From positions 62,001 to 104,183 of the forward strand of contig JACRCW010000031.1 of assembly GCA_016218805.1 (NCBI GenBank): 42,183 bases of DNA, written 5' to 3'. How positions within the stretch are numbered: the first letter of the stretch is position 1; each line of letters starts with the position of its first letter. The notes under the pieces were generated by a model. That model searched no databases and had not been told where the DNA came from. It worked only from the letters and a program-made list of their open reading frames with translations. This document shows, piece after piece, positions 8,404-18,064 of the stretch. Origin of the DNA: Deltaproteobacteria bacterium. Lineage in GTDB: Bacteria > Myxococcota > JACRCW01. Both the position numbers and the translations under genes were made by a program.

Positions 8404-9867
8404 TCACTTGGGCGGGGTGGGGGTGGCGTCTGCGGGCGGCGGTTCGGGTGGGGGCTGGGGTGCGCCGCCGTCTGCCGGAGCCGGTGGGGCGGGGTTTCTG
8501 GCCGCCTCCTCTGCTTTCAGGCGGGCCTCTTCCTCCGCTTTGGCCAGCGCTTCCTCCTCCGCCTTGATGCGGGCGTCCTCCTCCGCGGCCTTCTTGGCCT
8601 CCTCTTCCTCCTGCTTCTTGAGCAGTTCCAGCTGGCGCTGGTTCTCCGCCTCCTGCCGGATGAGCTGGTCCACCTGCGTGAGCATGCTGAGCGCCGGGTG
8701 GCGCGCCGGCATGGACGGCCCCTTCATCTTCACAAACGTGTTCAGCTCCACCTTGGCGTCTGCGTACTGGTTCATGTTGCGCATGTAGAGGTCCGCCAGG
8801 GCGTAGTGCGGCTCCGGCGCCTCGGGATGGATGCGGGCGGCGTTGAGGAGCGCTTCACGCGCGGGACCAAACTTCCCCTGCCCCTGCAGCGCCAGCCCCA
8901 GGTTGTGCAGCGCGGTGAGGTTCTTGGGGTCACGCCGGAGGATTTCCTCGTATTGTTCGGCGGCGCCGTTGAAGTCCCGCGCCTCCATGGCAAACATGGC
9001 CAGCTGAAAGCGCGCTTTGAGCTGGCTGCCGTCCAGTTCCACGGCCCGGCGCAGCGTGGTGAGCCCCGCGGCCTGGTCCTTCTCCGCCAGCAGGATCTCG
9101 CCCATGATGAACGTCATGTCGGCGTCATCCGCGCGGATCTTCAGGCCGCGCAGCGCCATCAGCTTGGCCAGCGACGTGTGCCGCTGCGCCAGGTAGGAGC
9201 GCGCCAGCAGGCGGTACGCGGGCAGGCTGCGGGGTTCGTGGGCCAGCGCTTCGCGCGTGAGCCTCTGCGCGGCGGCAGGGTCACCCTTGGTCAGCTCCAT
9301 CTCCGCCAGGCGCAGGCGCGCCGCCACCGCGCGCGGGTTCTTGTCCACCACGGCCTGGTACAGCTTGCGGACCTGCTCCTGCGGCGAACCCTTGCGCTCC
9401 AGCAGCGCGCCCAGGTTGGCCACGGCGTACTCCAGCGTGGGGTCCATGGAGATCGCCTTACGGTAGTGCTGCTCCGCCTCGTCCAGCGCGCCACGCTGCT
9501 CCGCCAGCGCGCCCAGGTTGTACAGCGCCACCGCCATCTTCGGGTCGGCGTTGGCCGCGCGCTGGTAGTGCTCCGCCAATTCGGCGGGTTGCGGTCCCTT
9601 CCCTTCCCACGCTTTCCACGCCTTGGATGCGTCGGCAAACGCGGCAATCGCTTCCGGGTTCTTGGTGGGCGGCGGCTTCTTCATGCCCTGGCTGAGGTCC
9701 TGCGTCTCCTCCGGCTTGGGCGCCTCGTCCGGGGCGGGCTCAGCCGGCTTGGGCGGCGGCGCCTCCTGCTTGGGCGGCGTGTCCTTGCGGGTCTCCGCCG
9801 CACCACCGCCGCAGGCGGTAAGACCAACAAACGCAACGGCGCACACGCCGCGGTGAAAGCGCGTCAC
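8404..9867 (-). CDS. gltE: TPR lipoprotein GltE (AglT)
   Basis: Lipobox 'LTAC', multiple TPR repeats, charged coiled-coil and Pro-rich tail; GTGA overlap with the gltD stop. Confidence 0.85.
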   Translation of the reverse strand: MTRFHRGVCAVAFVGLTACGGGAAETRKDTPPKQEAPPPKPAEPAPDEAPKPEETQDLSQGMKKPPPTKNPEAIAAFADASKAWKAWEGKGPQPAELAEHYQRAANADPKMAVALYNLGALAEQRGALDEAEQHYRKAISMDPTLEYAVANLGALLERKGSPQEQVRKLYQAVVDKNPRAVAARLRLAEMELTKGDPAAAQRLTREALAHEPRSLPAYRLLARSYLAQRHTSLAKLMALRGLKIRADDADMTFIMGEILLAEKDQAAGLTTLRRAVELDGSQLKARFQLAMFAMEARDFNGAAEQYEEILRRDPKNLTALHNLGLALQGQGKFGPAREALLNAARIHPEAPEPHYALADLYMRNMNQYADAKVELNTFVKMKGPSMPARHPALSMLTQVDQLIRQEAENQRQLELLKKQEEEEAKKAAEEDARIKAEEEALAKAEEEARLKAEEAARNPAPPAPADGGAPQPPPEPPPADATPTPPK

Positions 9868-12800
9868 GGGCCACCTCCGCCGGCTCCGCCTTCGCCCTCT
9901 TTGGGTTTTTCTTCGCTTTCAGGCTTGGCCTCCGCCTTGGGAACCAGCGGCGCCGCGGGCGGGGCCACCGCCGCCAGGTCCGCGCCCTCCTTGGGCAGTT
10001 CCACCACCAGGAAGTGCGGCTGCGGCGGCGGGACCGGCGGGACCGGCATCTTCTCCACCGCCAGCTTGGGGAACTCATCCGGCCGCTTCTCCTCCAGCAC
10101 GTCCAGGCATTTCTGCGACCACTGGTTGAACACGTGCAGTTCCTGGCTCTTCTGGATGCACAGCTTGAAGGCGCCCACCGCTTCCTCCTCAATGGGCGCG
10201 GCGTTGTCGGCCAGCTGGTCCTTGAAGATCTGTTTCTGGTCCGGCGTGAGCTCACGCGGCGGCGGTACCGACCGCAACGCGTTCATGTAGTGCAGGTTGA
10301 GATCGGCAATGCGGTAAAGCGCGGCAATCGCATATTCGGGGTCCTTGAGGCGCACCACGTCCATGTAGAACTTGCGCACCGCGTCCCGGCCCTTGGCTTT
10401 CTCCTTGATGGCGTTCTTGAACTTGTCCTTCTTCTTGAGGTCAGGCGTCTCCAGCTTCACCTTGCGGTATTCCGCGTATTTCACCTCGGCGTCCATGAAC
10501 GCCACGCGGGCGGCGGAGTTGGATCCCTCCGGGAGCCGCTTGTGCTTCTTGCGGTACTCAAGGGCCAGCTTCTCCAGGATTTCATCCCCCTTCTTGGCGC
10601 CGCGCGCGCGCTGCATGTCCACCGCCTTGAACCGCGCGTCCCACGCCTTCTCCGGGTCATCCTTGTAGTACTTCATGGCGTACTGCTCCAGGCACTCCAC
10701 CGCTTTCTGCCAGTTCTTGCTCTGCTCGTAGAGGCGGCAGATGGACATGGCTACCGCCGCGCCCTCCTTGGACTTGGGGTAATCCTTGAGGTACTTCTCC
10801 CGGTCCTCCACGGCGGTCTTGAGGTTGTTTCCCCCGCCGTAACCCTCCCGGTAGATGCCCGCGTTGAACAGTGCGTCCTTGCTGCGCGGGTCCTGCGGGT
10901 ACTTCTTGTAAAACCGCTCCAGGGCCTCCGCCGCCTTGTCCAGTTCAGCCACCTGCTCATGCGCCTCCGCCACGGAGAACAGCGCGTCCGGCACCAGCGG
11001 GCTGTCCGGGAAGTTGGTCACCAGTGCCTCACGGGTGCGCACCGCCTTGTCCGTCTTACCGGCCAGCTGGAAGTTGGCCGCCGCGTTGGCCAGCGCCTTG
11101 TCCGCCAGCGTGGACTTCCGGAACTCGTCGGCAAATGACAGGTAGGCCTTGGCGGCGTCCTCGTAGCGGCCGTTGCGCTGCAGCTTGCCAATGACCTTGA
11201 ATGAGCTGCTTTCCAACACCTCGGAGATGTTCTTGGCAAACTCCTCCTTGGCCATCAACGGCTTGTTCTTCTGGAACCCGCGCGCCGCGCCGTACAAGGC
11301 ATCCCAGTCTTCGCGCAGGTTGTGGACGTCCAGCACCAGGTTGGCGGCCTGCTCAGCGCGCGGGTGCTCTGGCGCGCCATCAATGACCTTGTTGAACCCG
11401 GCCACCGCCTCGTCAAAGATGTTGGAGTCATACTTGATGCGGGCAATCTTGTAGTTGCACTCCACGGCGATCTTGGGCTTGGAGAAGTATTTCAGGTAGT
11501 TCTCGCACGCCGTCACCAGCTTCTGCTTGGTCTCCGGGATGGGCTGCGGCTTGGTGGGGTCTGAATCCGTGGTCTTCTGCGCCTTCTTCTGCTTCTTCTC
11601 CCACTCCTGCATCAGCTCGTCGTATGCACGCACGGCCTCTTCGGCCGCCGCCTCACCCCACTTGCCCTTGGGGTCAATTTCCAGGACTTTGGCGTACTGC
11701 TCCGCCGCCTTCTCAAACTTCTCCAGCTTGTAGTTCAGCTCCGCGTAGAAGAACCGGATGTCATACGCGGGCTTCTTGTCCGGGAACAATTCCAGGTAAT
11801 CGCCGTACAACTCGTAGGCCAGCTCGTAGGTCTCGTCGTCACGGGTCTTGCGCGCCTCGTTGTGCCAGGTGGTGGCCAGGCTGCGCAGCGTGTTGTCAGA
11901 CAGGTCCTCCGCGTCCCGCAGGTCCGCCTCCACCTTCTGCCGCTTGGGGTCCTTGGGGTCCATGGCCGCCACGTGCGCGCGCACGCGCTGGAACTCGTCC
12001 GTCAGCAGCCGCGCCTGCTTCACCACCGCCTTCTTGTTGCCCATCCGGGACACGCAGGAAACAATGCGCCCCTGGTTGAACGGGTTGCGCGTGTTGTCCT
12101 TGTCCGCGTTGATCATCAGCCGGTACACCACCGCGGCTTCGCGGTCCTGGCCCTCGCCGTAATAGAGGTTCGCCAGCCGCTCAATCATCGCCTTGTAGTC
12201 GTCCCCGTCAGCCAGCGTCTTGAAGTCATCAAACGCCTTGGCCGGGTCACCAAAGTGGCTGTACACCGTGACGTAGTCCTTGCGCGCCTCCTTGGTGAGC
12301 ATGATCTTCTTGTCGCCCAGCTTGTCCGTGTCCAGCTGGGAATACAGGATGACCTCCTTGAACTTCTCCGCCGCGTTCTCCCAGCTGGTCTGGTTGTAGT
12401 AGCACCAACCCTGCTTATAGACGGCGTAGCCGTAGACCTTGCTCTCCTCAAACGCCGCCGCTTTCTGGTACGCCTGCAGCGCATTGTCGATCTTCTTGTT
12501 CTCAAAATGGTACTCGCCGAACGCCAGGTACCCGTCAGCAACAAACGGGCTCTTGGGGAAGGTCTGGATGAGTTCCCGGAAGACCTCCAGCGCTTCCTTG
12601 TGCTTTCCGCCGTCCCAACGGGAACGTCCCAGTGCGTACATCACCTGGTCCAGCCGTTCGAACTTCTTGTACTTCTTGATGATCTCCTCGAAGATCAAAT
12701 CCGCATCCGCGGACCATTTCTTCGCCTTTCCCAGCAGTTCCTCCTTCTGCTTCTCCACCTGCTTCTGCTTCTTGGTATCGCCGGCCTCGCGCGCGGCCAC

Positions 12801-13247
12801 AATGTCATCATCCAGCTCCATGCCGGAGAAGAAGAAATGCTGTGAATTCTCCTCAAACAACTCCGCCTTCTGGAACAGGATGGCGGGCATTTCCTCCGGC
12901 GGCGGGCCCAGCTTGATGATCTGGTCCAGGCTCTGCACCTGTTCGTCGCGCTTCTTCTGGACCTGGAACTCCGTCCTGCGCCGGAACTGCTCCACGCTGA
13001 TGCGCGGGCCCTGCACCTGCGCGGCGTCCTTCTTGCGGACCTCTTCTTTCACCACTTCGGGAACGCGGGACTCGCGCTCCTTGCGTGCTTTCTCCGCCTC
13101 CTCGTCAGCCAGGCGCTTGGCTTCCGCGCTGTCCTTCTCGCCCCGCCGCGACGCCGGCGCCTTCTTGTCCTTCTCCGCCGCCGCTGCCGCCCCCGCCACG
13201 CTCAGCGCGCCCAGCACCAGCGCGGCCGTCCACATCGTCCGTGTCAC
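9864..13247 (-). CDS. gltD: Large TPR protein GltD (AgmU)
   Basis: Signal peptide, ~1130 aa of TPR repeats ('YAVYKQGWCYYN', 'AALYRIA'); synteny with gltE/F/G. Start GTG 13247 overlaps the gltC stop; alternatives are 13256 and 13235. Confidence 0.85.
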   Translation of the reverse strand: MTRTMWTAALVLGALSVAGAAAAAEKDKKAPASRRGEKDSAEAKRLADEEAEKARKERESRVPEVVKEEVRKKDAAQVQGPRISVEQFRRRTEFQVQKKRDEQVQSLDQIIKLGPPPEEMPAILFQKAELFEENSQHFFFSGMELDDDIVAAREAGDTKKQKQVEKQKEELLGKAKKWSADADLIFEEIIKKYKKFERLDQVMYALGRSRWDGGKHKEALEVFRELIQTFPKSPFVADGYLAFGEYHFENKKIDNALQAYQKAAAFEESKVYGYAVYKQGWCYYNQTSWENAAEKFKEVILYSQLDTDKLGDKKIMLTKEARKDYVTVYSHFGDPAKAFDDFKTLADGDDYKAMIERLANLYYGEGQDREAAVVYRLMINADKDNTRNPFNQGRIVSCVSRMGNKKAVVKQARLLTDEFQRVRAHVAAMDPKDPKRQKVEADLRDAEDLSDNTLRSLATTWHNEARKTRDDETYELAYELYGDYLELFPDKKPAYDIRFFYAELNYKLEKFEKAAEQYAKVLEIDPKGKWGEAAAEEAVRAYDELMQEWEKKQKKAQKTTDSDPTKPQPIPETKQKLVTACENYLKYFSKPKIAVECNYKIARIKYDSNIFDEAVAGFNKVIDGAPEHPRAEQAANLVLDVHNLREDWDALYGAARGFQKNKPLMAKEEFAKNISEVLESSSFKVIGKLQRNGRYEDAAKAYLSFADEFRKSTLADKALANAAANFQLAGKTDKAVRTREALVTNFPDSPLVPDALFSVAEAHEQVAELDKAAEALERFYKKYPQDPRSKDALFNAGIYREGYGGGNNLKTAVEDREKYLKDYPKSKEGAAVAMSICRLYEQSKNWQKAVECLEQYAMKYYKDDPEKAWDARFKAVDMQRARGAKKGDEILEKLALEYRKKHKRLPEGSNSAARVAFMDAEVKYAEYRKVKLETPDLKKKDKFKNAIKEKAKGRDAVRKFYMDVVRLKDPEYAIAALYRIADLNLHYMNALRSVPPPRELTPDQKQIFKDQLADNAAPIEEEAVGAFKLCIQKSQELHVFNQWSQKCLDVLEEKRPDEFPKLAVEKMPVPPVPPPQPHFLVVELPKEGADLAAVAPPAAPLVPKAEAKPESEEKPKEGEGGAGGGGP

Positions 13248-15298
13248 TGTCGGCAACCCTTGGAAAGCGTGTATTCGTACGTGCCCAGCTCGTCGCGCCA
13301 GTACTCGCCGTCAAACGGCCAGTACAGTTCCGTGTCCTCCACCGCCGTGGAGTACCGGTACGCGCCCAGCTTGGTCCCCTGCTTCTCCCCCCGGAGGCTG
13401 GCCTCCAACCCTTCCTTCTCCCGCTTGATGATCTCAAACTTGATGCGGAACAACTGGCTGGACAGGCTCTTGAGTTCGTCCCGCTCCGTCTCCAGCTTGG
13501 CCCGCGCAATCTTGCCCGCCTCCGTCACGGTGGCCTCGCGGTGCTTCTTGACCAGGTCCAGCAGTTCCTTCTGCAGCGGCGCGTTCTGCAGCGCCTGCGC
13601 CTTCTGGATCTTCTGCTCCTCCGCCTCCAGTTCACGCGCGCTGGCCGCCTTGAGCGCCAGGTTCTTGTCCCCGCGGGCCAACTTCACCAGCCGCTGGGTG
13701 AGCGCCGTGGCATTGCGCGATCCCTCCAGCTTCTTGAGCAGCGCGTAGTAGTCCTCGGGCGTCTTGGCGTCCTTGGTCAGCTTGTCCAGCTCGTCACGCA
13801 GCGGGCCGTATTGACCCTCAAACTCGTCCAGCACGCCCAGCGCTTCCGGATAGCGGCAGTTCTCGTAGTACGTCACCGCCTTGAGGATGAGGCTCTCCGG
13901 GAAGTACTCGTTGACAAAGAACGGCGCGTGGATGGTGACCAGGTTCCCCAGCGCTTTCTCGTAATCCGCCAGCCGGAAGTACGCCCAACTGCTCTCAAAC
14001 AGCGCGTCCAGCCAGCCCCCGGAATCACGCGAAATGCGGTTGTAGTAGAAAATGGCCGCGCGGAACTGCCGGAATGCGTAGTGCGTGCGCGCCAGGCTGA
14101 AGAACGCTTCTTCGCGCAGCGGGTGGTTCTTCCACTTGCCCGCCTTGGTCAGCTTCACCACCTCGCGGAAGCCCACCACCGCTTTTTCGAATTCCTGCAA
14201 TTCGTAATTGCACACCGCGCCCAGGTACACCGCGCGCAGGCGCAGGTTGCTCTCCGGCTTCACCTGGGCGGCGTGCTCCACGCACTTCTGCAGGGCGTCT
14301 TTCACGTCTGCCACCAGCGCGCGCTGCGGCGGCGGCGGCTCCTCCACCGGCGCGGCTTCCTTCTTCTTGGGTGCGGGCGCCGGCGCAGGCTTCTCCTCCT
14401 CCTCCACCTTGTCACCAATGCCGCCAAACTCCAGGGCCTCCTCTTCCTTCTTGGGCGCGGGGGCCGGCGCCGGCGGGGGCTCCTCCTTCTTGCCCTTCTG
14501 CGCCTTGCCGTTCTTGTCCTTGCCCTTGCCTTTGTCCTTCTCCTTGGGCTTGGCCTCCTCCAGGTCATCCAGCCCAAAGTCCAGCCCGTCATCACCGCCG
14601 CTGCCCGCGCGCGGACCGGGCGCGTCCCCCGCGCCGCCGCCCGCATCATCCGTGTCAAACTGCAGGTCCTCGCCGCCCTCGCCCGCCGGCTTGGCCTCCA
14701 CGCCCTCATCCGCGGTGGCTTTCTGGAAATACAGCTTGCCCAGCAGGAAGTGGAACTCGTCCGCGTACTTCTCCGGCAGGTCCCCCACGGCATAGCGCGC
14801 AATCTCCTCCACCACCACGCCCTGGTCCGCGGCCTTGCGGCTGATGAAAAACAGCCATTCCTTGCTGGTCTTGTAATACTTGTGTTTCTCGCCCTTCTGC
14901 AGGACGGCCACAAACTGCGCCAGGGACGAATGATACAACCCCATGCGGTACAGCGCCTTGGCCAGCAGGTACTCGGACTGCTCGTGGTACTCCTTGGCCT
15001 TGGGGTCCTTCAGCACGCCGTGGAACGCCACCGCCGCCGCGCCCCAGTCATCCTTGGCCATCAGGTCCTGCGCGCGGTCAAAGGCCTGTTTGGACGGCGT
15101 GGTCACCTCAATGGCGGTGGTGTTGTCCCCCAGCCCAATGTCAATCTCCAGGCCGCCGCCTGCGTTGTCCTCCGCGGCGTCCTTCTGGGGCGGTGGTTTG
15201 GCGTTCTTACCCCCGTCCTTGGGCGGCGCGGCATGCAGCACCCCCACGCCGGCCAGCGCGGCAAGACAGCAGGCAAACGCGAGGCGCGTGCGGTCCAT
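13244..15298 (-). CDS. gltC: TPR protein GltC
   Basis: Signal peptide; 'YLLAKALYRMGLYHSSL', 'WLDALFESSWAYF', 'ALGNLVTIHAPFF…YFPES', C-terminal 'YWPFDGEYWRDELGTYEYTL'. Confidence 0.9.
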   Translation of the reverse strand: MDRTRLAFACCLAALAGVGVLHAAPPKDGGKNAKPPPQKDAAEDNAGGGLEIDIGLGDNTTAIEVTTPSKQAFDRAQDLMAKDDWGAAAVAFHGVLKDPKAKEYHEQSEYLLAKALYRMGLYHSSLAQFVAVLQKGEKHKYYKTSKEWLFFISRKAADQGVVVEEIARYAVGDLPEKYADEFHFLLGKLYFQKATADEGVEAKPAGEGGEDLQFDTDDAGGGAGDAPGPRAGSGGDDGLDFGLDDLEEAKPKEKDKGKGKDKNGKAQKGKKEEPPPAPAPAPKKEEEALEFGGIGDKVEEEEKPAPAPAPKKKEAAPVEEPPPPQRALVADVKDALQKCVEHAAQVKPESNLRLRAVYLGAVCNYELQEFEKAVVGFREVVKLTKAGKWKNHPLREEAFFSLARTHYAFRQFRAAIFYYNRISRDSGGWLDALFESSWAYFRLADYEKALGNLVTIHAPFFVNEYFPESLILKAVTYYENCRYPEALGVLDEFEGQYGPLRDELDKLTKDAKTPEDYYALLKKLEGSRNATALTQRLVKLARGDKNLALKAASARELEAEEQKIQKAQALQNAPLQKELLDLVKKHREATVTEAGKIARAKLETERDELKSLSSQLFRIKFEIIKREKEGLEASLRGEKQGTKLGAYRYSTAVEDTELYWPFDGEYWRDELGTYEYTLSKGCRQ

Positions 15299-15304
15299 GG
15301 AGCC

Positions 15305-16060
15305 TCACTTCCGGCGGCCGACGGAGGTTTCCTTGTCAAAGAACGGCGGAACATAGAAACCCACGCCAAACATGGCCGTCACCTGGTTCTGGATGTTGGA
15401 GATGATGGTGGGGCCCCATTGCGGGTACGCGCTGCCGCGCAGTTCCCCGCGCAGCACCATCCAGTCAAACAGGAACACGCGGCTGCCCATCCCCACGTGC
15501 AGCTGCGGGTGGATGAACCACTGGCTGCTGTCCACCGCCAGGCCGGCGCCGCCCAGCACAAACACGTCGTAATGCATGATCCACTCGGAGAAGATGGACA
15601 TCTTCCCGTAGATGGGGCTGAGTTGCAGGTTGGCCCACGCATTGCCGAAATACCGCGCATCCGCGGGAATGGCGCTCTTCTGCTGCCTGAGGAAAATCAC
15701 GGGTTCCAACACCTGCCGGAACGGCGCGCCGGAAAGCCCGCCCTCCACCGCCAGGCCCTCCATGATGTGGAACGTCCCGGCCAGGCCGCCGTGGTAGTAG
15801 CGGTAAAACGCGTCATTCAGGGACACGCCCACCCAGGGATAGATTTCAAAACGCAGCCGCTTGATGAACTTCTTGCCCTGCACGGCCTTGATGCGGTCAT
15901 CCAGCGGCTTGAGCGCCACTTCGGTGGGGCCGCCCGCCGCCGCCGCCTTCTGGGCTTCCTTGGACGTGTCCGCATCCGCCGAGGTCCCCTCCTGGGCAAC
16001 CACCGCCGGTCCCGCAAGCGCCAGACCGAGCACTGCCGACACCACCCTGGACGTTCTCAC
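15305..16060 (-). CDS. Outer-membrane beta-barrel protein, GltA/GltB family
   Basis: Signal peptide; 'DRIKAVQ…RFEIYP…SLNDAFY', 'SPIYGKMS…HYD'; immediately upstream of gltC. GltA versus GltB cannot be decided by eye. Confidence 0.85.
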   Translation of the reverse strand: MRTSRVVSAVLGLALAGPAVVAQEGTSADADTSKEAQKAAAAGGPTEVALKPLDDRIKAVQGKKFIKRLRFEIYPWVGVSLNDAFYRYYHGGLAGTFHIMEGLAVEGGLSGAPFRQVLEPVIFLRQQKSAIPADARYFGNAWANLQLSPIYGKMSIFSEWIMHYDVFVLGGAGLAVDSSQWFIHPQLHVGMGSRVFLFDWMVLRGELRGSAYPQWGPTIISNIQNQVTAMFGVGFYVPPFFDKETSVGRRK

Positions 16061-16106
16061 CGCTGCTCCATGTGCGGGAAACCCCGCCGATTGAAATGGA
16101 ATGATT

Positions 16107-17843
16107 TCACCTGCACTTGGGCGCTCCGTCAGCGGCCCGCCCCAGGAAGCTCACCCGCACTTCGGAGCCCTGCGGCGGGATGTCACTGCCCAGGAACTTC
16201 ACCTGGCTGCACCCGGAAATCATGGCAAACCCGTGGCTGCACTGCGTGGCGTCTCCCGTGCAGCCATTGCAGTCCCGGAAGGCCTGGCTGGTGCGGTCCG
16301 TCCACGGCGGAATGGCCTCCCAGTCTCCGCCCGCGGACTTCTTCACCTCAACCACCAGTTGCGTGGGGTCCGGCGCCACCTCGCCCAGCGAGAGCACGTC
16401 GGTCTCGTTGATGAGATTGGCAATGTCAATCATCGTGGACTTGTACGTTTGCGCGCAGATCGAATCGAGAATGTAGTTGCCCGGCTCCATGCCGCGCGCG
16501 ACGGCGACGTAGCGGTTCCCGCGGTCGGCGGTGCAACAGGGCGGGTTGACCACGCCTCCATCGCCAAGCTGGCTGTTGGTGAGCGTGCCGCAAAACTGGT
16601 TGGCGACTGCGGAGCCACACAATCGCGCCTGGATTGAGTTGCCATACACCGGCGAGCACACCAACTCGGGAGCCGCGTTGGCCGCACTCCCGTTGCAGCG
16701 GCAGTCCCCCGCCGAGAAATCACCGCGCGCCGGCCCTGTCTTGTTGCCGCCCACGATGGCCGCCATGCTCACCAGGGACGCTTCAGGCTTCAGCGACCGG
16801 AGGAAACCCACGTATTCCGAGGTATTCACGAGGAACTGGGTTTCGGTGTAGCACTCCTTGGCGGATGTATAGTCACTCGTGCGCGGGCCGCCGTCGGGAG
16901 AGTCCAAGTTGGAGCAATCCTCCTCGTCCGAGAGAAGAATGACCACCAGCTTCTTCTCGGGACCGGGCACCGGCTGCCCATCGGATCCAGTCAGGCACGC
17001 GCCGCCATCCGCTTTGAGGCAATCCGCGGGACGCAGGAATTGGGTGAGATCCGCACTACAGGAAGGATCCGCGCGGAGGGTGCTGGCGGTTAGGAAGCCG
17101 CGAATGCTGCCCAGCCCTTCCTCGACCGGGCTTCCGCAGACGCTGACCGACCGCACCGCGTCCCTGAAACGCTGCGAAATGGTCGCGATGCTCCCGTCGC
17201 TGGGACGGATGATCTTGTTCGCCTGCCCGGGAATCGGCTGTAGGCACCCGCGTTGGGGCAGCGGCGAACGGCCACCCGGAAACTCAAAGGACGGCGGGTT
17301 GTTGGGACAGAAGTACGTCCCATCGGTATGCTGAAAACCCTCCAAATCCCGCTGGTCCGTTGTAATGATGCCAATCTGGAAATCATTGTCATACAGCTGG
17401 AGCCGCTCAATGAAGCCGCAGTCGTCGTAGATGGCCTTCATGGCGGGGCCGTTGGGCAGGCTCCCCCAGCTCTCCGGCGCGTACCCCCGTCCCGCACCCG
17501 TCGTCATGAACACCTTGAGGTCGTCCACCGCGGAGGAGTGCAGCGCCAGGTCGCATTCACCGCCCTGCTGGTAGGCGGAGGCGTTGCGCGCCAGGTTGTC
17601 CTGCTCCTCCGTCATGGACCCGGAGTTGTCTATGACAAACAGGATGTCCGCAGCCCGGTTGATGTCCACCTTCTTGGGAATCTGCACCGTGCGGCACCCG
17701 GACGGCATGGGCGCGTCAAACACGTGGGACTGGCCGAACAGCGGCAATTCGCAGCCGCCGCTGCACGCGGGAACCGACGCGAGGGCACCCGCGCACAGCG
17801 CAAGGGCCAAGCCGGCGGAACGGTTGAATGTCCGGGTCTTCAC
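16107..17843 (-). CDS. cglB: Cys-rich vWA-domain lipoprotein, CglB-like adhesin
   Basis: AAGGAG RBS; lipobox 'VPAC'; MIDAS 'DILFVIDNSGSMTEEQ'; 'GIITTD', 'LSDEEDCS', many cysteines; heads the glt operon. Confidence 0.65.
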   Translation of the reverse strand: MKTRTFNRSAGLALALCAGALASVPACSGGCELPLFGQSHVFDAPMPSGCRTVQIPKKVDINRAADILFVIDNSGSMTEEQDNLARNASAYQQGGECDLALHSSAVDDLKVFMTTGAGRGYAPESWGSLPNGPAMKAIYDDCGFIERLQLYDNDFQIGIITTDQRDLEGFQHTDGTYFCPNNPPSFEFPGGRSPLPQRGCLQPIPGQANKIIRPSDGSIATISQRFRDAVRSVSVCGSPVEEGLGSIRGFLTASTLRADPSCSADLTQFLRPADCLKADGGACLTGSDGQPVPGPEKKLVVILLSDEEDCSNLDSPDGGPRTSDYTSAKECYTETQFLVNTSEYVGFLRSLKPEASLVSMAAIVGGNKTGPARGDFSAGDCRCNGSAANAAPELVCSPVYGNSIQARLCGSAVANQFCGTLTNSQLGDGGVVNPPCCTADRGNRYVAVARGMEPGNYILDSICAQTYKSTMIDIANLINETDVLSLGEVAPDPTQLVVEVKKSAGGDWEAIPPWTDRTSQAFRDCNGCTGDATQCSHGFAMISGCSQVKFLGSDIPPQGSEVRVSFLGRAADGAPKCR

Positions 17844-18064
17844 GGGGTGACTCCTTATCCCACAGCCAACTGGAGGGGCAATCCGCCCATCTTCGGGGCA
17901 GATGCGCTGCCCGGCGGAGCGTACTTGAGCCCCCCATGGCGTCGGCGGTGGTCGGCTGAACGCCCGATTGACCCTGGGAAAGCGCAGCGGCTACCTCGCC
18001 ACCCGGCGGGGGCACCAGGCGAGTCGGGCTCCCCGCGGCACCCCCACACCCCGGAGGCACTCTG

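Noticed and set aside
8116..16411. Long plus-strand ORFs 8116-10290 (724 aa) and 13085-16411 (1108 aa)
   Set aside because: Antisense to gltE/D/C/A; R/L/H-rich translations with no motifs.
17968..17997. TTGACC possible -35 upstream of the 253-aa gene
   Set aside because: No convincing -10 at 16-18 nt spacing.
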